Below, piece after piece: positions 13,743 through 26,295 of a stretch of 64,000 bases of DNA. The notes under the pieces were generated by a model, which was not told the DNA's origin, did no database searches, and saw only the letters and a program-made list of their open reading frames with translations. Made by a program: the position numbers and the translations under genes. The stretch lies in the NCBI RefSeq assembly GCF_036588685.1, contig NC_086381.1, positions 69,936,001 to 70,000,000 of the forward strand. The letters run 5' to 3'. Origin of the DNA: Mytilus trossulus. Lineage: Eukaryota. Each line of letters begins with the position of its first letter. The stretch's first letter is position 1.

Positions 13743-14030
13743 AAAACGCGGCCTGAAATGTGCGTGTCAGCTGAACTGTTGACCTCAAAGGAAAAGACGT
13801 TGATTTATAACGTTTCTGTTATTTTGTGACTCAAACATTGTTTTAGTTAATAAATTTGTTAATTTCTGTTTTAATTTAGAATTTTAAAATTATTACAACT
13901 TTGCAAAATTAAACTGGTTTGAACTAGTTGAATAAAAATCAACAGGGAGGTTGATAGAAGAGCCTACACACATACTGTAACCTTATACACAGCAAACATA
14001 GAAATTACCGTAAATGTCCTAATCAGAATC

Positions 14031-14191
14031 GAAATAATTGATGGCAGCTATACTTTATTGTATTTTTAACATGGGTAGGCATTATATTCGTGTTATTTTA
14101 GCCCTCGCTATCGCTCTGGCAAAAATAATCACAAATATAATGCCTACCCATGTTAAAAATACAATAAAGTATAGCTGCCATCAATTATTTC
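14031..14191. repeat. Long near-perfect inverted repeat (~73-bp arms) at the Crypton right end
   Basis: GAAATAATTGATGGCAGCTATACTTTATTG...GCC, loop CTCGCTATCGCTCT, GGC...CAATAAAGTATAGCTGCCATCAATTATTTC. Confidence 0.95.
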
Positions 14192-15097
14192 TTAAATAAC
14201 TTTCTTATGAATCTTATGTATGATCATAAGATAGTATCCATAAGTTTATTTTGAAAGAAAAAAAAATCCACTTTTTCCATATTTGACTTTTAAATGGACT
14301 TAGATTTTTCTTCCAGTTAACATTACATACATGTAAAGTCTGCAGTTAAAGTTTTTAAAGCATTTGTTAGATTCATAAACTATGCTGGATTTTTACCAAA
14401 CTTGGAAAGTAGCTTCTTACAAACAAAAGATTGTATCAAGAGGAATATTTTTATTTATTTTTTTCCTCATTTTTGTTGAGCCTGCGCTTTGGACAGCAAA
14501 AGTAGGCGAGACACTGGGTTCCGCGGAACCCTTACAAATTTTATATTCTATAAAGCTAAATTTAAGGTCTTTCACCTTTGCTTGCTTGAATATACTTAAA
14601 TATTAGCAATGACAGAGATGTTTTTTAAGCAACAGAAAAGAATTTTTAAATGAGGTTGGTGCCAGTTCTATATCAGTTTGTTTTGTGAATACAATTAAAC
14701 ACAATTACAGTCTGTTTTGGCTGATTTAAATCAACAGTATACTGTGACAGTTCTTTGTTTTATATGGAATCCTAATAACTGTATATTTTGTACTTGTTTG
14801 GTGTATTGTAAAAGGTATTATGCAAGAGGAGAATTAAGATAATATGATATACATAGAGAATGACATCTTGTCAGACAATTTATCGCAAAGAGCTGATACA
14901 AATAACCCCTAAAAAAAGTCTGATATTATTAAACCTTGCTTCCCTAACCAATGGTAAATGATGATGGAAGTTATTAACGACCTTGACTGGCTACACAGTC
15001 CTGACACGGTCGGTTAGTCAATGGTATTAATGTTGATTGCTGTCTTATTTTAATAAATGAATGTAATCTGAGATAATAAGATTTGCTTTTTACACAG

Positions 15098-15185
15098 GCT
15101 ATAGCATGGACTACTGCAGCACACAGATTTACTAAGAATGCATTTGAAGATTCTAAAGCTCCATCAGAAGCAGATCAAATTCTTG
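15098..15185 (+). CDS. LMNTD1: LMNTD1-like exon (AIAWTTAAHRF...DQIL)
   Basis: tttttacacag acceptor, G|gtaagt donor; completes the KPNGQ-AIAW motif. Confidence 0.9.
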
Positions 15186-15455
15186 GTAAGTACAGTCAAA
15201 GGGAGATAATTGCAACCAAACTACACTATAAAATTGAATTAAAAAAAAGACATCATCTTATTTGTATGCATTAAAATTAACATTAAGAGAAGTAAGAGTA
15301 GATTGAGGTTTGTGTTTAATCAGATTTGATAACTTCTGTGAATATGTACATTTATAATAATCAAAACAGATTTTAAGTTTAACTTATAATGCTAGGTGGA
15401 AGATAGGTTTCTAATGTTTATAAATTTAAGACTAATGTACACCAATATTTTGTAG

Positions 15456-15561
15456 ATATTAATGATGAATTTGATCAAGTTAACCAAATTGATGATGAAG
15501 GTTTGACAGAAATGACAGTTAACATCAATGAACAAAAACCAGAGGCAGTTTATCTAAGGAG
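15456..15561 (+). CDS. LMNTD1: LMNTD1-like exon (DINDEFDQ...VYLRR)
   Basis: ttttgtag acceptor, AG|gtataa donor, open frame, phases fit. Confidence 0.8.
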
Positions 15562-15602
15562 GTATAAAATTACAAAATATTTCTTTGAGTTTTCAATTTA
15601 GT

Positions 15603-16680
15603 TATTTTTTGTGTACAGTCAAACTTGATACAAAGGTCATTTGATTTTGTGTACAGTCAAAATTGGTACAAAGGTCATCTGATTTTGTGTACAATCAAAC
15701 TTTGTACAAAGGTCATCTGATTTTGTGTACAGTCAAACTTTATACAAAGGTCATCTGATTTTGTGTACAGTCAAGCTTGGTACAAAGGTCACATGATTAT
15801 GTGTACAGTCAAACTTTGTATAAAGGTCACTTGATTTTTTGTACATTCAAACTTGGTAAAAAGGTCATCTGATTTTGTATACAGTCAAACTTGTTACAAA
15901 GGTCATCTGATCTTGTATACATTCAAACTTGGTACAAAGGTCACCTGAGTTTATGTACAGTCAAACTTGGTACAAAGGTCATCTGATATTGTTTACAGTC
16001 AAACTTTACACAAGGTCATCTGATATTGTGTACAGTCAAACTTTACACAAGGTCATCTGATTTTGTGTACAGTCAAAATTGGTACAAAGGTCACCTGGGT
16101 TTGTGTACAGTCAAACTCTGTACAAAGGTTACTGTAAATTCAGAAATTAATGCAAGGTTTTTATTGTTCATAAAAATGTGACAGAGTTGTAAACGCAATA
16201 ATTTAAACTAGCATTAAAATATTTTGTATGAATTAAATAGGATTTTTCTCAAAATTGTAAAAATCAAAATCGCATTTAAGTCAAAAATAACAAAATCGCG
16301 ATAATAAATGCACGCAATAATTTCTGAATTTACAGTATCTGATATTGTGTAGTCAAACTTGGTACAAAGGTCACCTGATTTTGTATACAGTCAAACTTTA
16401 TACAAAGGTCATCTGATTTAGTGTACAGTCAAACTGGATACAAAGGTCATCTAATGTATGTACATTTAAACTTGATACAAAGGTCATCTTATTTTATGTA
16501 CATTCAAACTTGATACAAAGGTCATCTGATTTTGTGTACATTCAAACTTGATACAAAGATCATCTGATTTTGTGTCATTCAAACTTAGTATAAAGGTCAA
16601 CTGATTTTGTATACAGTCAAACTTGGTACAAAGGTCATCTGATTTTGTGTCATTCAAACTCAGTATAAAGGTCACCTGAG
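15603..16680. repeat. 38-bp minisatellite, interrupted by a MITE
   Basis: Unit GATTTTGTGTACAGTCAAACTTGGTACAAAGGTCATCT. Confidence 0.95.
16130..16337. mobile_element. TA-flanked MITE copy 2 inserted in the minisatellite
   Basis: Same TIRs as 361-570; host unit aaaggt-TA...TA-tctga shows the TA duplication. Confidence 0.88.
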
Positions 16681-16796
16681 TGTGAATCCTTTTATCTCAG
16701 TTCTTCATATGTCAAAGTTTTATTTTGATATCAAATTTTCTTTTCTTCCTCTGAATTTCCTATAGTGAAGCCTTGACTTACAAATGTATTTTATAG

Positions 16797-16969
16797 GCAG
16801 AAACAGCAACCACCAACCCTGTCACCACAGAAACATCCACATGGAGGTAATCCTATAAAGGAGGTCCATCCTCACACAAGTCAACCACGTCCCCTTACAT
16901 ATGGAAATGACAATAGCAGTGTAAACAGACAGTCTAGGTCACAAACAACTAGACCTGACCCTATTCCAG
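16797..16969 (+). CDS. LMNTD1: LMNTD1-like exon (QKQQPPTLSPQKHPHG...SSVNRQSRSQTTRPDPIP)
   Basis: ttttatag acceptor, open frame, CCAG|gtaatg donor; phase 1 fits the exon at 22605. Confidence 0.82.
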
Positions 16970-19900
16970 GTAATGTACAGCTGTGTTAACAGGCAGTCTA
17001 GGTCACAAACAACTAGACCTGACCCTATTCCAGGTAATGTACAGCTGTGTTAACAGGCAGTATAGGTTACAAACAACTAGACCTGACCCTATTCCAGGTA
17101 ATGTACAGCAGTGTTAACAGACAGTCTAGGTCACAAACAACTAGACCTGACCCTATTCCAGGTAATGTACAGCTGTGTTAACAGGCAGTATAGGTTACAA
17201 ACAACTAGACCTGACCCTATTCCAGGTAATGTACAGCAGTGTAAACAGACAGTCTAAGTCACAAACAACTAGACTTGACCCTATTCCAGGTAATGTACAG
17301 CTGTGTTAACAGGCAGTCTAGGTCACAAACAACTAGACCTGACCCTATTCCAGGTAATGTACAGCAGTGTTAACAGACAGTCTAGGTCACAAACAACTAC
17401 ACATGGCCCTATTCCAGGTAATGCACAGCTGTGTTAACAGACAGTCTAGGTCACAAACAACTACACATGGCCCTATTCAAGGTAATGTACAGCTGTGTTA
17501 ACAGGCAGTCTAGGTCACAAACAACTAGACTTGACCCTATACCAGGTAATGTACAGCTGTGTTAACAGGCAGTCTAGGTCACAAACAACTAGACCTGACC
17601 CTATTCCAGGTAATGTACAGCAGTGTTAACAGGCAGTCTAGGTCACAAACAACTAGACCTGACCCTATTCCAGGTAATGTACAGCTGTGTTAACAGGCAG
17701 TCTAGGTCACAAACAACTAGACCTGACCCTATTCCAGGTAATGTACAGCAGTGTTAACAGACAGTCTAGGTCACAAACAACTAGACCTGACCCTATTCCA
17801 GGTAATGTACAGCTGTGTTAACAGACAGTCTAGGTCACAAACAACTAGACCTGACCCTATACCAGGTAATGTACAGCTGTGTTAACAGACAGTCTAGGTC
17901 ACAAACAACTAGACCTGACCCTATTCCAGGTAATGTACAGCAGTGTTAACAGACAGTCTAGGTCACAAACAACTAGACCTGACCCTATACCAGGTAATGT
18001 ACAGCTGTGTTAACAGGCAGTCTAGGTCACAAACAACTAGACCTGACCCTATTCCAGGTAATGTACAGCAGTGTTAACAGACAGTCTAGGTCACAAACAA
18101 CTACACATGGCCCTATTCCAGGTAATGCACAGCTGTGTTAACAGGCAGTCTAGGTCACAAACAACTAGACCTGACCCTATTCTAGGTAATGCACAGCTGT
18201 GTTAACAGGCAGTCTAGGTCACAAACAACTAGACCTGACCCTATTCCAGGTAATGTACAGCTGTGTTAACAGGCAGTCTAGGTCACAAACAACTAGACCT
18301 GACCCTATTCCAGGTAATGTACAGCTGTGTTAACAGACAGTCTAGGTCACAAACAACTAGACTTGACCCTATTCCAGGTAATGTACAGCTGTGTTAACAG
18401 GCAGTCTAGGTCACAAACAACTAGACCTGACCCTATTCCAGGTAATGTACAGCTGTGTTAACAGACAGTCTAGGTCACAAACAACTAGACCTGACCCTAT
18501 TCCAGGTAATGTACAGCAGTGTTAACAGACAGTCTAGGTCACAAACAACTAGACCTGACCCTATTCCAGGTAATGAACAGTTGTGTTAACAGACAGTCTA
18601 GGTCACAAACAACTACACATGGCCCTATTCCAGGTAATGTACAGTTGTGTTAACAGGCAGTCTAGGTCACAAACAACTACACATGGCCCTATTCCAGGTA
18701 ATGTACAGCAGTGTTAACAGACAGTCTAGGTCACAAACAACTAGACCTGACCCTATTCCAGGTAATGTACAGCTGTGTTAACAGACAGTCTAGGTCACAA
18801 ACAACTAGACCTGACCCTATTCCAGGTAATGTACAGCAGTGTTAACAGACAGTCTAAGTCACAAACAACTAGACCTGACCCTATTCCAGGTAATGTACAG
18901 TTGTGTTAACAGACAGTCTAGGTCACAAACAACTACACATGGCCCTATTCCAGGTAATGCACAGCTGTGTTAACAGGCAGTCTAGGTCACAAACAACTAG
19001 ACCTGACCCTATACCAGGTAATGAACAGCTGTGTTAACAGGCAGTCTAGGTCACAAACAACTACACATGGCCCTATTTCAGGTAATGTACAGCTGTGTTA
19101 ACAGGCAGTCTAGGTCACAAACAACTACACATGGCCCTATTCCAGGTAATGTACAGTTGTGTTAACAGGCAGTCTAGGTCACAAACAACTACACATGGCC
19201 CTATTCCATGTAATGTACAGCAGTGTTAACAGACAGTCTAGGTCACAAACAACTAGACCTGACCCTATTCCAGGTAATGTACAGCAGTGTTAACAGACAG
19301 TCTAGGTCACAAACAACTAGACCTGACCCTATTCCAGGTAATGTACAGCTGTGTTAACAGGCAGTATAGGTTACAAACAACTAGACCTGACCCTATTCCA
19401 GGTAATGTACAGCTGTGTTAACAGACAGTCTAGGTCACAAACAACTAGACCTGACCCTATTCCAGGTAATGTACAGCTGTGTTAACAGGCAGTCTAGGTC
19501 ACAAACAACTAGACCTGACCCTATTCCAGGTAATGTACAGCTGTGTTAACAGACAGTCTAAGTCACAAACAACTAGACCTGACCCTATTCCAGGTAATGT
19601 ACAGCTGTGTTAACAGGCAGTCTAGGTCACAAACAACTACACATGGCCCTATTCAAGGTAATGTACAGCTGTGTTAACAGGCAGTCTAGGTCACAAACAA
19701 CTAGACTTGACCCTATTCCAGGTAATGTACAGCTGTGTTAACAGGCAGTCTAGGTCACAAACAACTAGACCTGACCCTATTCCAGGTAATGTACAGCTGT
19801 GTTAACAGGCAGTCTAGGTCACAAACAACTAGACCTGACCCTATTCCAGGTAATGTACAGCTGTGTTAACAGACAGTCTAAGTCACAAACAACTAGACCT

Positions 19901-21235
19901 GACCCTATTCCAGGTAATGTACAGCTGTGTTAACAGGCAGTCTAGGTCACAAACAACTAGACCTGAACCTATTCCAGGTAATGTACAGCTGTGTTAACAG
20001 GCAGTCTAGGTCACAAACAACTAGACCTGACCCTATTCAAGGTAATGTACAGCTGTGTTAACAGGCAGTCTAGGTCACAAACAACTAGACCTGACCCTAT
20101 TCCAGGTAATGTACAGCAGTGTTAACAGACAGTCTAGGTTACAAACAACTAGACCTGACCCTATTCCAGGTAATGCACAGCTGTGTTAACAGACAGTCTA
20201 GGTCACAAACAACTAGACCTGACCCTATTCAAGGTAATGTACAGCTGTGTTAACAGGCAGTCTAGGTCACAAACAACTAGACCTGACCTGACCCTATTCC
20301 AGGTAATGAACAGCTGTGTTAACAGGCAGTCTAGGTTACAAACAACTAGACCTGACCCTATTCCATGTAATGTACAGCAGTGTTAACAGACAGTCTAAGT
20401 CACAAACAACTAGACCTGACCCTATTCCAGGTAATGTACAGCTGTGTTAACAGACAGTCTAGGTCACAAACAACTAGACCTGACCCTATTCCAGGTAATG
20501 TACAGCTGTGTTAACAGGCAGTCTAGGTCACAAACAACTAGACCTGACCCTATTTAAGGTAATGTACAGCTGTGTTAACAGACAGTCTAGGTCACAAACA
20601 ACTAGACCTGACCCTATTCCAGGTAATGTACAGCTGTGTTAACAGGCAGTCTAGGTCACAAACAACTACACATGGCCCTATTCCAGGTAATGAACAGCTG
20701 TGTTAACAGGCAGTCTAGGTCACAAACAACTAGACCTGACCCTATTCCAGGTAATGTACAGCTGTGTTAACAGGCAGTCTAGGTCACAAACAACTAGACC
20801 TGACCCTATTCAAGGTAATGTACAGCTGTGTTAACAGGCAGTCTAGGTCACAAACAACTAGACCTGACCCTATTCCAGGTAATGAACAGCTGTGTTAACA
20901 GGCAGTCTAGGTTACAAACAACTAGACCTGACCCTATTCCAGGTAATGTACAGCTGTGTTAACAGGCAGTCTAGGTCACAAACAACTAGACCTGACCCTA
21001 TTCAAGGTAATGTACAGCTGTGTTAACAGGCAGTATAGGTCACAAACAACTAGCCCTGACCCTATTCCAGGTAATGAACAGCTGTGTTAACAGGCAGTCT
21101 AGGTCACAAACAACTAGACCTGACCCTATTCCAGGTAATGTACAGCTGTGTTAACAGACAGTCTAGGTCACAAACAACTAGACCTGACCCTATTCAAGGT
21201 AATAAACAGCCATGTTAAGCAGTTTAGGTCACAAA
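16915..21235 (+). repeat. 64-bp tandem array, ~67 copies, derived from the exon 3' end plus donor site
   Basis: Unit CAGCTGTGTTAACAGGCAGTCTAGGTCACAAACAACTAGACCTGACCCTATTCCAG|GTAATGTA. Confidence 0.97.
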
Positions 21236-21271
21236 CTTCAAAACTAAAAAAAAAAAATTAAGCAAGCAGAT

Positions 21272-21598
21272 ATAAAAAAAAGAGGTGGTATGATTGCCAA
21301 TAGACAACCTTTTCACAATAGACCATTAATGACAGAGAAATTAACAACTATAGGTCACTGTATGGCCTTCAACAATGAGCATAGCCCATACCACATAGCC
21401 AGTTATAAAAAGACTAAGAAATGACTAATGTAAAGCAATTCAAACAGGTAAACTAACAGCCTCAATTATGTTAATAGAAATGAATGAAAAACAAATATGT
21501 TACACACCAACAAACGACAACCACTGAATAACAGGCTTCTGAATTGGGACTGTCACATACATACAGATTGGGACGGGGTTAGACATGTTAGCAGGATC
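21272..21598. mobile_element. Common dispersed repeat (AGATGTGGTATGATTGCCAATGAGACAACT family)
   Basis: Related fragments near 28415-28615, 35358-35398, 37558-37620, 43345-43380 (-) and 45370-45518 (-). Confidence 0.6.
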
Positions 21599-21603
21599 TG
21601 ATT

Positions 21604-22020
21604 GTCATTTAAGTTACCTTGCAAACCAGCATAGTATGTCATTAAGATTACCTTGTGCACCAGCATAGTATGTCATTTTAGTAACCTTGCAAGCCAGCAT
21701 AGTATGTCATTTAAGTTACCTTGCAAGCCAGCATAGTATGTCATTTAAGTTACCTTGCAAGCCAGCATAGCATGTCATTTAAGTTATCCTGCAAGCCAGC
21801 ATAGTATGTCATTTAAGTTACCTTGCAAGCCAGCATAGTATGTCATTTATGTTACCTTACAAGCCAGCATAGTATGTCATTTAAGTTACCTTGAAAGCCA
21901 GCATAGTATATGTCATTTAAGTTACCTTGTGAGCCAGCATAGTATGTCATTTAAATTACCTTGTGAGTCAGCATAGTATGTCATATATATTACCTTGTGA
22001 GAAAGCATAGTATGCCATTT
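21604..22020. repeat. 34-bp minisatellite (~12 copies), resumes after the HINE at ~22478
   Basis: Unit GTCATTTAAGTTACCTTGCAAGCCAGCATAGTAT. Confidence 0.93.
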
Positions 22021-22021
22021 T

Positions 22022-22473
22022 TATGCCCAACCTACGATAGTAGAGAGGCATTATGTTTTCTGGTCTGTGGCTCCGTTTGTCCGTCCGTTCGTCCGTGCGT
22101 CCATTCGTCCTGCTTCAGGTTAAAGTTTTTGGTCAAGGTAGTTTTTGATGAAGCTTAAGTCCAATTAACTAGAAACTTAGTACACTTGTTGCTTATGATA
22201 TGATCTTTCTAATTTTAAAGCCAAATTAGACTTTTTACCCCAATTTCATAGTCCACTGAACATAGAAAATGAAAGTGGGAGTTTCAGGTTAAAGTCTTTG
22301 GTCAAGGTAGTTTTTGATGAAATTGAAGTCCAATCAACTTGAAACTTAGTACACGTGTTCCGTATAATCTTTCTAATTTTAATGCCAAATTAGATTTTTA
22401 CCCAATTTCATGGTCCATGGAACATGGAAAATGATTGAGTGGGGCATCTGTGTATACTTTGAACACATTATTG
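22022..22473 (+). mobile_element. HINE family B (2 internal ~170-bp repeats)
   Basis: 5' ATGCCC(C/A)AC..AGGCAT, (CCGT)n microsatellite, 3' GTGGGGCAT plus hairpin; siblings at 41197-41621 and 58757-58908 (-). Confidence 0.75.
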
Positions 22474-22604
22474 TTAAAAGTTACCTTGTGAGAAAGCATT
22501 ATACAAGTATTGTTTTAAATTGTAATTTTTAAAATATTAACAAATGGCTTTGGTGAATAAAATTAGAAAAAAACACTGTTACCATATTTGTTATTTTATT
22601 TCAG

Positions 22605-22711
22605 GTGCACCCTATGCAGGTGCTTCAGCACAAAGAATGGGAAGTGCTTCACTTAGAAAATATAGTCCTACACATAATATACGAGGGAATGGTACTATTA
22701 CAAATAAAAGT
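22605..22711 (+). CDS. LMNTD1: LMNTD1-like exon (GAPYAGASAQRMGSASLRKY...TNKS)
   Basis: ttttatttcag acceptor, |gtaagt donor at 22712; read-through would end VSLACC* at 22732. Confidence 0.8.
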
Positions 22712-23891
22712 GTAAGTCTTGCATGCTGCTGAAACATTTACAAGATGATTATAGTTACCTGAAAATTAAAACAATATATGTTAAACTAACATGAAACACA
22801 TCATTTGGATTTTGTTTTTATCTTAAAATGCATTTACAATGGCTTATTTATTAGATTTTGTTTTTAAAGGGAGGTAATTTTAGCATGAAAGTTAATTTAG
22901 TGCTTCAGTAGGCTCTTTATAGTGCTCTTTAGATATTCTGAAAGTCAAATACTAAGCATAATAAGTCCAGTGTTTGAATGCAAATACTTTTTTCATGATC
23001 GTCATAAACGCTAGATTCAATTTCATTAATATTTTGAAACAAGAAGATTGAAAACATTTATCAATTTTGATTTTTACCAAAAATCAGTCTCAAACTATCT
23101 GTTGTAAAATATAATTCTCAAAACTATTGGATTTATTTTTCTTAAAAAATCTGACAACAGAGGAGATCAAAAACTTTTTTAGTAAATTGAGCATAATTTT
23201 AATCCTTTTTACTATCTTTCTATTTATAATTGACTATATTATTTGATGATCAGTTAAACTGTTGCATGGACATTTCATTCTTTTGCACTTATTCTTTAAC
23301 ATGGAAAGATTACAACAAATCAATTTAATACATCAAGCAGTTAAAAAAAATCAACATATAAATAATTCCTCCTGCATTCTAAAACACTTCATTTAACCTG
23401 AGAAGAATTGTTTTGCATGACATTATTTTTACGTTTTTAAGCTTTAAAAAGAAATTTCAATGCTGATTCTTGACAAATTCAGTTGGAACAAATTTTTGAT
23501 TCAGAATAAGATAACATGTACACTTCTTGCTGTTTTTTTAAAGCATAAAACAGTCCTTATGGATACTAGTAAAACCCTTTTATTTAAATCATTTTTAAAA
23601 AATCAAAATAAAAAAATACAAAATTTTGCATAGAAATTAATTGCTTTTAACAATATCTATCAATAAAACATTAATAAAGATAACAACACCCATTGATTTC
23701 TGCACAGTAAGAGTTCATTCTGGTCAAAATGTTTCGCCAACAAGCTAAAATGAGAAGTCCTGAATTTTATTATTGTTTCATTTTACTTATCTAATGAAAG
23801 ACAACTGTGAATACCTTTTGGTATCCACCCACTATTACCCAACTGCACGATTACCATTGGTTTCCCTTGTTTGAATTCAACATCTATTAAT

Positions 23892-24245
23892 CAGGGGTCC
23901 AATTTAAGCTGTTTTGTGTACTGGCCAGCAGGACCAGTGGACTGAAAAGTCTACTGGTCTTGCTCCAAATCTACTGGTCCTTAAAGTTTGAATGATTTTC
24001 CCTGCCTTTGATTCCTCGGGTGCTTTCCTCTCCTTTATTCCCGTAGATAGTTGTGTACTGTTCTGATTGTTCATGAGCAAGTTCCAAGAAACAAATTGAG
24101 AATTCTGGAATTCTCCACCAAAATATATTGTTATTTTCTAATATTATCAATCATCGGACCACTACCGAAGCTGACAAATCTCATTGGTCCGACGCAAATT
24201 CTACTGGTCTCAGACCACTTGATCAGTGCTAATTTTTGTCCCCTG
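23892..24245. mobile_element. hAT-type MITE
   Basis: CAGGGG...CCCCTG termini; 8-bp TSD CTATTAAT/CTATCAAT; ACTGGTC subterminal repeats. Confidence 0.8.
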
Positions 24246-26202
24246 CTATCAATTAACAATATATATGGATAATGTAACTGGACTTTCTCTGGATATGGAT
24301 GTATCAGGTTCCCTCAACAAACTTCAACTTATAATCTGTATCAACTTCAAAATCATAAAAGGTTGATTTGTTGTAACCTTTCTTAATCACTTATCTTCAA
24401 GATGCACATTATTATTTTCTACTGTGTGTGTGTGTCTGTGTGTTTGTGGATTGATAACAAATTTATTTTGTGTAATTTCTATTTGCATAATACATTTATC
24501 ATTTGCAAATTTCATTAATAGGCACCATGAAATATGAAACATAAAAACATCAAATTTACTATAATGTAACTTTTCTAGACAACCATAAACGGCTCCCAGG
24601 AAAGTGCAAAATCATAGCTTACATCCACTTCATTTAGACTCTGGTTGATAGCTTGCTCATTGGCAATAATACCACATTCCTTATTGTTATATGCACATCT
24701 AATGTTGTTGCTCACTTGTCAAGACCAGTGCCAAAATGTTTATTGATTTGAAATGAGTATCGCTCAGCTCAAACTGATCAACTCCTACAACTTTGCCTTT
24801 ATACATTCATCACAATACATTCTCATGTTATGTGGGTTTTTTTTTGTAAGATTTAAAAAAATCCTTCCAAATATCCTTTGTTCTGCACCTATCAGAAATT
24901 CAATAAGATGTCAGATAGTCTCATCTTATATCTATTAATCCCAGCACATAATTTATATAGGTGACTGTAGCACACATGAAAAGTTGCATACTGCACATTT
25001 GTTGGATAATTATATTCACTAGATATAGACATGTTGATGGAAATGAAAATTCTAGCAATTCAGTTATTTTGAAGTGATTTTTAATATTGTTTGAGTGTTC
25101 TATTAATTTTTTGTTTAAAAAACATATAATAGTTATATCGTTCAATGTACATTGAGAGTATGAATTTTTAGGTCTTATGAAGATGTGACAGTAAAAAAAG
25201 ACTCGGATACAATCAGTTATCAGAAAACAATAAAAACCCTGACTTGGCACATGCACATGCACAAGAAAGTAACTTTGTCAACTATTCTTTTTTGAAAGAT
25301 TCTGTGATTTTAAAGTCATTCATTTTATCAACAACAACAAAATAAGAAAGCAAGATGTTGAAAACTTCTAAATGTAACGTGTTATTTTTATTTTGGATAT
25401 TTCAGAAATCTAGCTTCCTGAATTATCTCCTTACCACACCAGAACACTGATTAAATGTAAAGGTTTTCACTGTTTGGTTGTATGTAATCCTTTATTCCAA
25501 TCGGTGTTGGTCAGTTTTAGATACCTATTCAAAGGGGGATAACTCATAAAAACTCATGTGACTAAATGGAGATCTTTCCTTAAAATTATGAAAATATTTT
25601 TGAGAAGTTCAGGTAGAATTACTGAACATGAAATATTGTGTTTTTGGATGATTTAGGACTATTTTGGTCTGTACTCAATTTGATAATTATTTGATCAGCA
25701 AGCATTCAATAAATACACAAATAATACTTGGCTCCTTAGTTTCACAGAATAATCCAAATGTTTATTATCAGTATTTTATTTTGCGTTTGCTAGATAACTC
25801 TGGTGTTGGAATAGAGGTTTATATAGATGTTTATTTTTCAAATAATGTGTGGAGCTTATACATTATAATTCTGTTGTTTTAATTATTTATTGTTTGAGTT
25901 TATTAAATCTTGTATTTAAAATGAAACTGAGATTTCAAGAAATGAACTTTAAAATTTTAATTATTGAAGAATACAACTATTTAAAAAAGTCATGTTCCCA
26001 CATTATTTTGAAAATATTTGTAATTATTACAAATTGGTTTCTTATTGATGCATAGTTAAAATTTAACTACATTTTTTTTTTATTTCTGTAAATCTCATTT
26101 TCATTGTAGTACAAGCGATGTGTTTGTTTTCACTAATGTCCATGCACATGGTATTTTTATATGTTTAAATGTTAATCAGTTTTGACACAACTCTATTTTT
26201 AG

Positions 26203-26295
26203 GCTGGCTCAATACGTATTGGACAACCATCGCCTTTTCATTCTCCTCTGCAACAAGAGTTTGCCCAAGCTTATGACAACCGATTGACTTCTCTC
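26203..26295 (+). CDS. LMNTD1: LMNTD1-like exon (AGSIRIGQPSPFHSPLQQEFAQAYDNRLTSL); weak donor, or terminal exon to TAA at 26313
   Basis: ctatttttag acceptor in phase 0; coding-like composition; possible gtgcgc donor. Confidence 0.6.

Larger units (their letters stand above)
11147..14195 (+). mobile_element. Crypton-type tyrosine recombinase DNA transposon
   Basis: Boundaries defined by the interrupted host unit (aaatttta|ataactttc); YR gene with an intron; no long TIRs or clear TSD; 160-bp hairpin at the right end. Confidence 0.85.
10654..14538 (+). mobile_element. HINE family A copy 2, interrupted by the Crypton insertion
   Basis: Same termini and core repeats as 6556-7618; core unit broken at 11146 and resumed at 14196. 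Confidence 0.8.

Noticed and set aside
16915-21235. CRISPR-like or coding repeat array
   Set aside because: No unique spacers, the unit is not a multiple of 3 and stops are frequent. It is a tandem duplication in a eukaryotic intron.
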